Below are positions 49,109 through 61,560 of a stretch of 64,000 bases of DNA, piece after piece. The position numbers and the translations under genes were made by a program. Under the pieces are notes generated by a model. That model worked only from the letters and a program-made list of their open reading frames with translations. It was not told the origin of the DNA and did not search any database. Source of the stretch: Chiloscyllium plagiosum (lineage: Eukaryota); assembly GCF_004010195.1 (NCBI RefSeq), contig NC_057750.1:8160084-8224083 (forward strand). The letters are read 5' to 3'. Position 1 is the stretch's first letter; each line of letters opens with the position of its first letter.

Positions 49109-52100
49109 TTCCTTCTCCCCCTTCCTCCTCCCCCCTCCTTCTCCTCCCTCCTTCTTCTTCTTTCTTCCTCCTCCTTCCTTTGAGCATACTGGATGTGGGG
49201 CAGCTGGTCCAGAGACAGTCCCCTTCCCCTCAGACGCACTCATGTGCACACACACTGATCCAGCTCCCTCAAGAGCCAGCTCTCAGAGTGAACCCAAAAT
49301 AGATATTTCACTGAGATTCCTCCTCCTCCTCCTTCCTCCTCCTCCTCCTTCCTCCTCCTCCTCCTTCTTCCTCCTCCTCCTCCTTCCATGTCCTGCTCTC
49401 ACTTGCCTCTCTCGCCCTCCCTGCCACACTCCCCAACCACCACTCTCTAAGACAGCTCATGTTCTTGTGTCCTGAATTGTGGAATAAATCTGGGCTTCAC
49501 AACATGAGTTTTTTTATTTTACTTGATAATTATTTGGGTGGATTAGAAGATGGAACATGGGTGCACAGCTTTGAGATGTTTCACAGCAGCACGGACAAGC
49601 CAAGTCAAACTTGGACGCTTTTACCTTACAGATATATCCAGGCTGGTGGAATCCACTCAATTTTGGGGAAGGGCATAAATTGAAATGCAAGAGGAGCCTA
49701 GATTTGAGTGGTAATGGCAATTTTTTGATTATAAATACCCTCCTGAACAATAAAAAAAGGTTAGTTTGCAGTTGGGAAGGATGTACTGTATTCAGTTTTC
49801 TGCAGTTATTGTTGTCAAAATAAATCCTGTCTGAACTGTTTGAAACTTGACTAGTTTGGGGGTTTTGCACAATTGCCTATTTATCAATTTGCACTTTAAC
49901 TTTGTTTTCTCGTGGTATTAGCCTCCCACTGGAGGCTGTTTTCGAACTGATAGCCAAATGTGGTCAATTCCTGAAATAATTCAATGGTTTTAATTGTTCC
50001 CTCCCACTTCAAGAGTAAGCATTTAACAGTCTTAAAATTATTCTTCTTAGCGTACAGATGCTCAATGCATTCATCCAGATGCCTTTGCTCTTTTTGCTGA
50101 GGCTTTAAACTTTGTATTTTTACTCGACTATTATTAGGAAATTAGTGCAAGCAGAGAAATCTCACAAGTATGCGAACACTATCGTCTTGGTTAGCTTCAA
50201 GGCAGATGATTTCCAAGATACAGAAACTGCAGATTCACAGTGGAAAGTAAAGTTTATGCCAAAAAAGCACATGCTTAGAAAAATAGGGAAGAAATCTCCA
50301 CCAATTTAAATGCAGACCATTGATTTTTAACAAGTACCTCCATGCATTAGATAATTTGAGTGTTTATATAACTTGCTAACTCTTTCCCTTGTATGTTTTG
50401 TAAATCTGTCTAAGCATCAGGCTCAGTATGCTAATTACCAGACTGTCCATCCCCAACAACTGAAAAGATAAAGTAGGTTCCATGAAATATCTTACAGCAT
50501 TCACCACACTTTGCCTGCAGTCTGAATTATATTCTGTTTGGTGTCAGTACACACGTTAATACAAATGTGCACTAGAGGCTTACATAATGCAAGATGGTTT
50601 GCACACTGCTCACCCTCTCAGCTTTACCAAGCCAGACTGATGAATGTCTCTCTCCAGGCCCTATAAATCAGTTTAGGACAGTATCAAGCCAGTTTCTGGT
50701 GTCACGAGCTTACCACACAGAATTGCTCCCTGACATTGGTAGTCTTAACCTTTTGACAGTACAGAAGAATGGCATATATATAAAAAAAAGTTCCTATTCT
50801 GCACTCTGACTTTGCACTGGAACTCTTGATGTCTTTGCTTGTTACTTACCTGGGACTACATACTGCTTGTGCTGAGCCTCTGTGCCAACGGGCCTACAGT
50901 GGTAAAGCTATGTTAAAAAGGCCAGTAGTGGCCCCTCTTCTTCTGTGTGGTGCGTTTAGTACCTTCATTTAAACTTAGAGGATACAATCCAATTTTCGTT
51001 TCTTCGTCTCTCCTTGAAAACAGGTCATGCACGAAAAAGATCAATTTCACATCTTGATCTGGGTGACTGGAAGATTTATTTAAGCAGCTTGTTGTTACCC
51101 AGTTTGTTCAGGGAATTTGCCCACTCTTCTGCAGTTTGTATACTTGGGACAGATTTTAAAGTCCAAGCGTTGTCCAAAACAGTTCCTTCTGTGGCTGCTA
51201 ATTTGCTGTAGTTTAATGATTTAAAACAAGGGTGCATAGAATAACCTGAGTAATGGAATTGCATTATGAATGAAAGGTGAGGGACATTAATGCTAAAGGC
51301 GCAGTGTTTTTTCTTTGTTAGAAAGAAAATTGAATGGAACCTTGCTACATGGCTCATTCAATCAATTGATTATCAAGTGTGACTATCCTGAGAAATCTAG
51401 ACCAAGACCTGAACAGATTCAATCAAGATGAAACAATAGGTACTCCAATCAACCACCCTGGAGGATAGGGTAACAAAACATTTCTGCCACTGTTTCCTGC
51501 CTTTCTCCAGTTGGAGGCTAAATGTGCAGCTATTGGTAGAACAGGGGTAAGAGGCCTAACTGGTGCCACCCATGACATGAAATCCATCAATATTCATTTG
51601 TCTATTGTCTCTGATTAAGAATGTACCATTTGATTGAAGTATGAAGGGCAACCTGATGCCTTTGAACTGCTAGAGTCTGCAGAGGTGAGGGAGGAAAAAG
51701 TTTAAATTACTTCATTGATCAAAGGAATATGTATATTTAAAAGAGCAAGTTAATTAATTTCCAATTTAGAAATTGCGCAGAGGTTGCAATGCTTCCAGAA
51801 AAGTGTGACAGCTGTTTGTTTTTTTATTTTATTTGAACCTTTCCCAAATGAGGTGTGCATACCAAATTACTCTGTCCATGATAATGTACCCTGTCTTTAG
51901 TAATCAAGGTAGATGTGGTTAGTGAGGAAATGAATATCTTCTCATGTTGACTCATGACATAAAATAAATCTTAAAACGGTCATCATCAATGATGTTAACA
52001 GGGTTACACTGAGCTGTTTTGCGCAAGAAAATATGGCATGGCTGGGGTATTTGGTTTTTCATCAAAGCTCTATAACAGATACAAATTAGATGCTACAATC

Positions 52101-52962
52101 ACTGTGCAGTGTCCCCAAATAAATCAAGCATAGTTTTGAATTTTAATGCGCTTGGCTAATTGCTCTTTATTGTATTTCTCTGCAGGTAGTTCCTGTTCTC
52201 TCTTGATTTCCACCTAAATTAGTCTGTCTCTCTGTTCCATCTGCCTCTCACCCTTACTGTAATCTGACCTGCGTTTTGTTGATCTGGTCAGTTCAAATGA
52301 AATCACTGCCTTTACTCCACCTACATTCTGTCTGTAAGCTGCTCCATATTTCATTGCTCCCTCTTAATGGTTATAGGGAAACATTCAATAAGCTCTGCAT
52401 GTGCTGATGCAAGTTAACCACCCACATATTTTTGTTAGCAAAGTGTAGCACTTCCACAGAAGACTACTGAAAAGGTTTGAGGTTGTTCTTTTGAACATAT
52501 GGTTCAGTCCTTCCCTCTTAGAATTCCTTTAATGTAAACAGCTCACTCCCTGTCCAGTTTAAAGTTATTTACCTTTCGTCTGCTGGGTTTTTATGCATGT
52601 AATTCTCTTCCCCCATTTCTCCCCCCCCCCCCCCCCCCCTCATCTTTTGATTTGTAATTTTAACTGGAACAATGGACCATTGAATGTACGTCTGGGTAAT
52701 TGAGCTGTGCGTTAATGGGACTTGAATGGAGAAGGCCATCTTGAGTTACCTAGCTGCCAGGCCACGAGTTTTTTCACATTTTTCTGTAGGTAGAGCACAA
52801 GGAGGTAATGAATTGAAAAATGCGAATGACCCATCACTGTGCTCTGGATTATTGTCCTCCCCTATATGTAAATATGTATTTTTCCTATTCTCCTACCACC
52901 TACCACAATTAATTTTACAACCTTTCAACTCAAGAGGTACTACAGTAAAAATAAAGTACAGT

Positions 52963-53156
52963 GGATGCTAGAGATCTGAGATAAAAATTAAGTGTTGGAG
53001 AAACTCAGCAGGTCTGGCAACAACTGTAGAGAGAAGCAGAAGTGCAATATGACTCTCCTGTGGACTCTTCTTTCCAAATGAGGGCCATAATGGACTCGAA
53101 ACATTAACTGTTTCCTCTTGCTGAATTTCTCCAATAAATTCTGTTTTGACTTCAAG
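52963..53156. mobile_element. Degenerate inverted pair of PLE terminal repeats (family A2)
   Basis: A minus-strand copy (52963-53042) and a plus-strand copy (~53072-53156), both similar to 36537-36670. Confidence 0.55.
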
Positions 53157-55244
53157 TAGTTTAATTGTCTGTCTAAAAGTACTGATGGTGGATGCTTCAG
53201 TTCTCTGTAATGTTGGTTTCCACCTTCTACATCTGTAGGGAGTACTAAGTGAAGTGATTTGTCATAACTATACTATTTCTTGGTATTTAAGGCATAAACT
53301 GTGCCCAGAGGTCTCAGAACTTTCACTAGATTTGACAAAACCACTTCCAGCCTGCAAACAGTAGTGGGTGTACAAGTGAACAGGATGAAGGTAGGGAAAG
53401 GTGGCTGTCTTGCAAGCACCGCAATAATTCTTTAAAACTTCAAAATGATATTCAAATTGACTCCAATCACCATTTTAATAATTTACATACTACTTTTGCA
53501 AACTCTCAAATGTATTTTACATTCAGTTTATAAATTATATGCTGAAAAGGTCAATTTTATTAATTTATAAAAGATGTGGGCTTATTTGCATTAAAATGCA
53601 GTAATGTGTGTATCTCGTGATGTCGCCAAACTGACTTCTTTGTAACTGTACGTTTTTTACTGCAGTGTTCTCGCCATAAGTTTATCCTGGTTTCATTTGT
53701 ATCGCTGCTCTGTGTATCTTTTTAACCTGTTTCAATGTGTAACCTAGAACTCTAAAGCAGAGAGCTTGTTGGTGAAATTTAAATTTGAAAGGAATTTGTT
53801 CAAGCCTTATCCCCAATCTCTGTCAACTCCAATGAGTTACTCCTCTGTGTGTACTGAGTAAGCTGGAGGGATAAATGGGGATGGAGCTGCAACTTATTTG
53901 GTACGCTACACTTGTGAAATGTTTTCATTATGATAATTAACACTTATTTGAATTAAAAATAAACCGAGTATTGAATATATAATGTGATATTGGTCTGACA
54001 ATTTGGGTAGGTGTTACTCTTTACACAAATAGTAACTGTATGTGTAAAGAATGGTTGGTTGTGTTCCTAAGAGGCTAATGGCTCACATCCTTTATTACTG
54101 GTGTCTAGAATTTTTTTGTTGCATTTATTAAAATAGTTCTCATTTTGGAGCGATTTGTACTTCAAGTACTCATTTTATTAAAAGTGAAATGGTTGTTTTA
54201 ACTGTTGAGTCCTGTGCCAGAAAGCTTTTGTGCCAGTTTCCAAAAAGGACAATGTACAACCTCTTCCTCCTCTGCCTCAAGTATTTCCTCAACTTTCTGC
54301 TGCCCTGGCAGCTGTTTGACTGCTTCAAACCCACAGCATGGCATGACCTACAGGTGGAAGCTCAAGCTGTGTTGATGGATGAAGTAAAGAGACCATGTGA
54401 ACATTCTGCTACGTTTTGGCCTTGTCCATAAACTCTGGTGCACCACGTATCAAATGTTCCCAGCATTTTAGGGCTTCATCAAGGTTGACTAGGGAGACTG
54501 GCACTTCATTCAAAACGCAACCACTCATGGCCAGTTAATGAAGAGAGAAATACAAGCTTGTGATTCAACATTGGCAGTTCTCAAATCACTGACCTGCGGT
54601 TTATTTTTTTTTCCCCCTCCCCACTTCTGACTGCTGCAGATTTGGAAATTTGTGAGCACTTCAGCTATGCATATGTGAATGTCAATCATGATCTGGAAGA
54701 GGCTGAAATCTGTTTAATCGAATTAATGTATTGTGTGGTCTGGTGGCAACTGGATTATGTACCACTTCAAAGGGCAAGTTGATGGACTTTATTGGGGGTG
54801 GAGGGGAGGTGCCTGAGAACTTTTGCTTGAAGCATCTCACTTGCTCCACCTGCCCCATAGCAACTGAACAATTTTTTCCAGTCTGTGAGGAGCCATGAAG
54901 CGGAGGTCACTTTATATATAATAATAAAAAATAAAAATCATGCACATTGATTCGGAGAAATACTGTTTCCTTCCCAGTGGAGACCTCGAACTTACAATGA
55001 GCTAAATTCCTTTTTAGATAAAATTTAACAAATATTTTTAAAATTAAAGTTTTTTTTTTCCTTTTACAAAGCAGTTTGTGAACAGTGATCAGGACCAATT
55101 CAACCCAGAGTGCATGTGATTAAGCTATGAGGGTGAGCTTGCATCTCCCCTCCTGCATAAGTCATGTATTTACTGAAGTAATTTGTCTTAATGGGAATGT
55201 TGTAAAAAAAAAACCCTTACAGCCATGTGCTATGTATCATAGTT

Positions 55245-55250
55245 AATAAA
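55245..55250 (+). promoter_or_regulatory. Candidate distal polyadenylation signal AATAAA
   Basis: AATAAA with upstream TGTA motifs (55201, 55233) and a downstream T/GT-rich tract (~55290-55310). TE density rises again shortly downstream. More proximal AATAAA hexamers also exist (e.g. 45341, 53958). Confidence 0.5.
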
Positions 55251-55972
55251 TCATTCTTTTAAAGAAAAATGGTTTGAAATGATTCCTTCCCTTTTGTGTA
55301 CATTTTTTTTTAAGAAATTTGGGCAGATCTAGGTTCTATAGAGCAGGGTGTGGTAGAAGTTAAAAGCAGGAGAGGTGGAAGTTTATTCATTCTTGACTAA
55401 GAGAATATGGAAGCCTAACTATCGTGAGCCGAGTGGAGTGAGATTGGAGTTGTTTGCAGATTAAATTTAATCCTGAGAGAGGTGGGTCACATCAGAGTTG
55501 AGATCTGGAGGAGCAAATGAGTTGAGAATAAGGAAAGCATGCTTGAATTCTGACAGTGGTAAGAGAAAGTTTATGTAGAAAAGTGAGTGGTTTTCAGTGT
55601 AAATGAATGATCCGCTTTAATTAGCCAGATAGCACGGTGGTACTTCTACTCAGTGAATATATAAACAGGATAAAGTGATTCAAATAGTGTAGTATAGGTC
55701 AACAGATTGAAACCTCAAATGAAGGAAAATGTTATTCCATTATGCCTCTGCTTTAGTGTTTGTACCTAATTAAGCCTAATGTTATACCTGAGACATCTTT
55801 TATATTGCCCTAACTGGGATTCATCAACACTTATGCACCAACAATGTACTCCATTGTTTTGTTAAACTTGTAACCTGGTGTTAGTGCAGTGGCCCAAGAT
55901 ATGCCATTCTATTTGAACCCCTTTTTCATTCAATGTGATAAAGGCTGATCTTCTACCTCAACATATTTTTAT

Positions 55973-56284
55973 GGGCAGCATGGTGGCTCAGTGGTCAGCA
56001 CTGCTGCCTCACAGCACCAGGGTCTCAGGTTCGATTCCAGCTTCTGGCGACTGTGTGGAGTTTGCACATTCTCCCTGTGTCTGCATGGGTTTTCTCTGGG
56101 TGCTCCGCTTTCCTCCCATAGTCCAAAGTTGTGCAGGTCAGGTGAATTGGCCATGCTAAATTGCCCATAGTGCTCGGTGCATTGGTCAGAGGGAAATTGA
56201 TCTGGGTGGGTTTCTCTTCGGAGGGTCAGTGTGGACTGGTTGGGCCAAAGGGCCTGTTTCCACACTGTAGGTAATCTAATCTAA
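55973..56284 (+). mobile_element. HE1-like tRNA-derived V-SINE inserted in an older minus-strand CR1 3'UTR (~55890-56450)
   Basis: A box TGGCTCAGTGG, B box GGTTCGATTCC, V-domain GTTTGCACATTCTCCC...TCCTCCCA, CR1-like 3' end and (TAATC)n tail. Confidence 0.88.
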
Positions 56285-56559
56285 ACTATCCCCAATTGCT
56301 TCAATATCTAGAAATCTGTAAATCTCTATCTTGAATATACTGGATGACTGAGATTCCATAGCCTTCTACAGCAGAGAATTCCAAAGATTCATCTCTCTGA
56401 AGGATTCCTCCACACATATCAGTTAAAAATGGGCCATTCCTTATTTCAGTGAGATCTGTTAGGATTGGCCCATTTGGAAGGGCATCTGCCTCTGGGGCAG
56501 CAGGTTAATAGATCACTCTCTTAACCTCTCAAATCAAACTAACCTAATACCCATCATTT

Positions 56560-57200
56560 TACTATCATCCATGTGCCTACCCAAGAGTTGCTTAAATGTC
56601 CCTAATGTATCTGATCTAGTACACCGCTGACTGTACATTCCACACATTCATCTCTCCCCTAAATCTTCATCCAATCACCTTAAAATTATGCCTCCTTTTG
56701 ATAGCCATTTCTGCTCTGGGAGAAAGTTTCTGACTATTTACTCTGCGTCTCATCATCTTGTACACCTTCTTCAAGTCACCTCTCATCCTTTTCTTCACTG
56801 AGAAAAGCTCTTGCTCCCTCAACCTTTCTGCATAAGACATGCCCTCCAGTCAAGGTAGCACCCTGATAAATCTCCTGTGCACCCTCTCTAAAGCTTCTAC
56901 ATCCTTCCCATAACAAGGTGACCAGAACTGAACACAGTATTCCAAGTGTGGTCTAACCAGGGCTGCGTAGAGCTGCAGCACAACCTCGCGGCTCTTAAAC
57001 TCAATCCGCCTGCTAATGAAAGCCAACACACCATGACAACCCTATCACCTTGGGTGGCAACTTTGATCTATAGACATGGACCCATGATCCCCCTGTTCTC
57101 CCACACTTCCAAGAATCCTGCCTTTAATTCTGCATTCAAATTCGACCTTCCAAAATGAATCACTTTACACTTTGCCAGGATGAACAACATCTCCCACTGA
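56560..57200 (-). mobile_element. Degenerate CR1 3' region
   Basis: Reverse-complement similarity to the CR1 ORF2 C-terminus (LVRPHLEYCVQFWSP). Confidence 0.75.
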
Positions 57201-57489
57201 AGTGTGAAGGGTTCAAATATTCTGTCCATTACTGAAAATACTGTACTGTCAAAGATGCAATCTTTCAGATTGTTTTGAATCCCTCTGTGCTCTTCGAGGA
57301 ACCATTAAAGATCTCTCATCATTTTTTTGAAGAAAAGCAAGGGTATTACCACAATATCTTAGCCAATATATACCTGTTGCCATCACAAAAACCATGATAT
57401 CTATGTTCATATGCTGTTTGAGAGAGCAGGACTTTCTGAGATTGCAAAAATTGCTACATAAATGCTCCTTACCCACCCATATTGTTATA

Positions 57490-57663
57490 CAGAGGAACCT
57501 CGATTATCTGGCTTTCGATTAACCGAATTTCGGATTATCTGAACAAGATTGCACATTCCCGATGCTTGGCTAACTATGTAATCTGGTATTCTATTATCCA
57601 GCATTCGATTAACTGAATGAAATACTCCCCACCCGTGTTCTTTGGATAATCGAGGTTCCTCTG
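57490..57663. mobile_element. 174-bp MITE, Tc1/mariner superfamily (pogo/Tigger-like)
   Basis: Perfect 19-bp TIRs CAGAGGAACCTCGATTATC / GATAATCGAGGTTCCTCTG flanked by TA on both sides; internal repeats of CGATTA(T/A)C. Confidence 0.85.
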
Positions 57664-58189
57664 TACGATGACACGCTTCAACCTACCAGCATTTTACTCC
57701 TCTCGTGAAGCTCAAAATTCTCTAGACTTGATTCAGTTTTGGAAGGGCAGCCTTAAATCTACTGCTGGATGTTTTTGTGAAATCAGGTGGACATTGTATT
57801 AAAATAATTACCCATCCTCATCCATTGACATTGAGATCATTTTGGTTAATTCGTTCAGGCAATAAACTTCTATTACAACATCCAGTTGCTTCTCGGATGG
57901 TTTTAAGGTGGCCGGTTAGCTCAGTTCGCTGGATGGCTGGTTTGTGATGCAGAGTCATGTGACTGTGTTGAGTGCTCTATTCCTGCAATGATATCGTGAA
58001 GGCATGTCCTCAATTTAGGTTAAACCAGTTCTCATCCCTGAAATGAAAGAGCAGCTCCTATGGTCGTGTAGGGAGACGGTGGTTTATCTTTCTTTCTTTT
58101 AACAGGGATTTTTTTTCCTGCATTACTGCTTTTAAAATTCTTGATTGAAAACCTTCCAATACAAGTCCTGCACTTATTATCATCCACAA

Positions 58190-58990
58190 GTCACAGAGGT
58201 ACAGCACAGAAACATGCCAGTTGGTCCAATTCATCACTGCTGACCAGATATTCTAAATTCATCTAATCCCATTTACTATACTTCCTATTCCTATATCCAT
58301 CCAGATGCCTTTTGAATATTGTAGTTGTACCATCTTCCACCACTTTCTCTGGCAGCTCATTCCATATACACTCCACCCTTTGCATGAAAAAGTTGCCCTT
58401 TAGGTCCCTTTTAAATCTTTCCCCTGTCACCTTAAACCTATGCCCTCTAGTTCTGGAGTCCCCCATCCTGGGGAAAAGTCTTTGTCTAAGTATTCTATCC
58501 ATTCCCCTTATGATTTTATAAAGCTCTATAATGTCACCCCTCAGCCTCTGACACTCCAGGGGAAAAAAGGCCAGTCTATTCAGCCTCTCCCTGTAGCTCA
58601 AACCTTCCAACACTGGCAACATCCTTGTAAGTCTTTTCTGAACCCTTTCAAGTTTCACAACAGCTTTCCAATAACAGGGAGACCAGAATTGAACGCACTA
58701 TTCCAAAAGTGGCCTAACCGATGTCCTGTACAGCTGCAACATGACCTCCCAACTCCTCTACTCAATGCACTGACCAGTAAAGGCAAGTAATACCAAACTA
58801 TCCTGTCTATCTGAGATTCCACTTTCAAGGACCTATGAGCCTGCACTCCAAGGTCTCTTTGTTCAGCAATACCCCACAGGACCTTACTATTAAATGTGTA
58901 AGTGGTGCCCTGATTTGCCTTTCCTAAATGCAGCACCTCACATTTATCTAAATTAAATTCCATCTGTCACTCCTCGACCCATCAGCCCAT
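58190..58990 (-). mobile_element. 5'-truncated CR1 LINE (ORF2 C-terminus plus 3'UTR)
   Basis: MEFNLDKCEVLHLG and LERVQKRLTRMLPVLEGLSYRERL peptides; same family as 30903-31846. Confidence 0.9.
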
Positions 58991-59784
58991 GATTAATTTT
59001 AGTTCAGATATTCTGGCTTTGCAGGCTTTTTCCCCCTTTATGTATGCTTCTGTAAGACTGTCGCAGATTGGTATACTGGATTCTGCTCACCTTGGCTTGT
59101 GACTTATGTCTATGACAATAGAGACCTAAATCCAAGTGATATGCCTTGAGCCAAGGGTAAGTACTGTATTCCACCCACATACCCAGCTATCCCTGCAACC
59201 TTCATTCTATCCCTCAGAGCAGTGTGTCTGTTGGAACAGTATTTTCATTCAAGTATGGTAAACGAGCAAAAGGGATTATAATTTGGTCTGTGATTAGTGC
59301 ACAACTCCAGATGTCTCTTGAGCTTTGTTAATATTTCGATCCTCAAAATTGAAGTAGTTATTGCAATGACATTTTCCCACCCGTTGCTTGTTCATTTTTG
59401 TGCTTTATGGGAACTCTGTATCTTGGTTGTTTACAGTTGGCATTTTAATTGATTAAAAACACCCACATGTCAACTTTACAATTTAGTCAGTGTTGGATGC
59501 ACTTTCTTTCCTCCTCTTTCCTACACACATTAATCTCTACTCAATGCTTGAAATGTAAGTCACCAAACAAAGGAAGCTAGTCTGGATTCTGAGGTACCTA
59601 CTGCTGAAGCTTGATTTAGGAAATTTAATCCCCTCTCACCGGCTCCAGCACTGCCACTGAGAACAAGCAGTTTGTATCCAATGAAATACTCTTTTTACCC
59701 CCTGCTGTCGTACTGCTGTTTAGTACTCAATCTGGCCTCCTGTTTTTCTTGATGGGCTGTGTTCAGTTCAGGAAACATGGAGAT

Positions 59785-60178
59785 GGAGTCATAGTCATGC
59801 AGCACAGAAACCCTTCAGTCTAACTTGTCCATGCTGACCAGATATCCTAAATTAATCAAGACCAGTTTGTCAACATTTGGCCCATATCCCTCTAAACCCT
59901 TTATGTTCATGTACCCATCCAGATGACTTTTGAATAGGAAGGGTTTAGAGGGATATGGGCCAAGTGCTGGGGAGGTTGTGGGGAAGAGAGTGGAAGGGAG
60001 GAGAGAAAACATTTTGGCTATTCACCTTATCCATTTCCCCCCACATTTGCTTAAACCTCCATAAGGTCACCCCTCAGCCTCCAACACTCCAGGGAAAACA
60101 GCTCAGCCTATTCAGCCATTCCCAAGAGCGTGACCCACGACCCACACCCCACCCCCAAACCCTGGCAACATCCTTCTG
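59785..60178 (-). mobile_element. CR1 3' fragment with an internal inverted segment
   Basis: Minus-strand tail 59785-59930, plus-strand piece 59931-59970, then the minus strand resumes at ~60010. Confidence 0.75.
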
Positions 60179-60899
60179 AATAGGTTAGTTTGAAAACATC
60201 TAGGGTGTCAAGTTTGATGGACTGAATGGATATTTATGTTTACTTTCTACCCAGAAAGGTTAGCACCATCAAAATCATGACTTTTTTTGCATTTTTTAAA
60301 ATAAAAACTAGTAACCCCTAGTAAAAACATCCATGTTTGCATTTGTTACTAGCAAAGGCCATGATGGGCATAGCAAGCCATTGAAGATGAGGAGGTGATA
60401 GGAAGAGCATGGAAGGTAATGAGTTTTATCAGAAGGATGCCAGCGTTTAATGGATTCAGTTGCGAGGGTGCGTTTGGTTATTATCTTAGGGATGTAGGCA
60501 TTCCTGGTCAGGCCAATGTTTGTTGCCTTTGCAAAGGTGATGGTGAGCTACCTCCTTCAATACCACTGAACGGCTTGCTCTGGCGTTTATGTTCAAGAGC
60601 TGATGTGACTCCAGTACACACTGCTGTTGGTCGAGAGTCCTGTTCAGGCCGCACAGTAAAAACACATTACCTTCACTAAGAGGCATTAATCAATCCACTG
60701 AGTTTTTTTCAGCAATCCAGTGGTCTCATGTTCACCATTAAATGTCTTATTCCATGCGTATTTAATGATGCAGGTTTAAATTCCCTAGCTGCTTTGATGG
60801 AATTTGAATTCATGGCTGAATCATTAGTCCAGTCTTTTGGATTCCTTCTCAATTTAAATTGCCACTCTGTTACTTCTATCCCTTTCCAAAAATGTACCT

Positions 60900-61560
60900 C
60901 GTACTCTCTTCTGTAAAGGAGATTGAAGGATGATCTAATTGATGTGTTTATCTTGTCCAATCCCTTAGCAAACATTTTCCTTGGAGAATTAAGCATGAGA
61001 GTACAATCTTTTAAAATTAATGATTGGCTGTTCAGCAAGTATATCTTCAGACAAGGTAGAATAGGAACCTGGCTCTCTGTATCTCTTTATCAGGTTTCCT
61101 TCTTTCCAATTAGTGGACTGCTGCTCCATCACTCTGCACAATTATCATAGGCAGTTATTCAGTGCACGTTAAAGCCTCCTGGTGACTGAACAGCATTTAA
61201 AGCCCTGAGGGGACTTGATAAGATGGAGACTAGAACTTAACGGACAGTTTAAGAATACAAGGTCTCAAGACTGAGATGAAAGTTTTATTTCTGAATATCA
61301 TTAGAATTATCTTTTCCAGAAGGCAATAGGATCTGGATCATCAAATTTATTTGAGGCAAAGTTAGATATTTGGCTGGGCAGTTGAGGTCCAAGGGGGGTA
61401 GTCAGGAAAGTGGAGTTGAGACCACAACAGGATAAGCCATGATCTAATTCATAGAATCTCTCCATGCAGAAGAAATCCGTCAGCCCATTGAGTGTACTGC
61501 TAATTGAATGGGGGAAGCAGGCTTGAGAACTGCAGGGTTTACTCTTAAGTCCTATGTTCC
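60900..61560 (+). mobile_element. Degenerate CR1 3' fragments
   Basis: RRLKDDLIDVF remnant and a CR1-type 3'UTR ending CCTATGTTCC. Confidence 0.55.

Larger units (their letters stand above)
44872..55270 (+). other. ARHGAP35: Probable long 3'UTR of ARHGAP35 (extent inferred)
   Basis: Follows the stop codon. AT-rich and almost free of the young CR1/SINE copies that are dense on both sides; ends at a strong poly(A)-signal context. No transcript data. Confidence 0.5.

Noticed and set aside
48580..49302. Long Pro/Ser-rich ORF (240 aa) and Gly/Arg/Glu-rich antisense ORFs
   Set aside because: They are translations of the stop-free 13-bp tandem repeat; no splice or homology support.
55973..56045. 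tRNA-like A and B boxes
   Set aside because: This is the head of an HE1-like SINE, continuing into the V-domain and LINE-like tail; not a tRNA gene.
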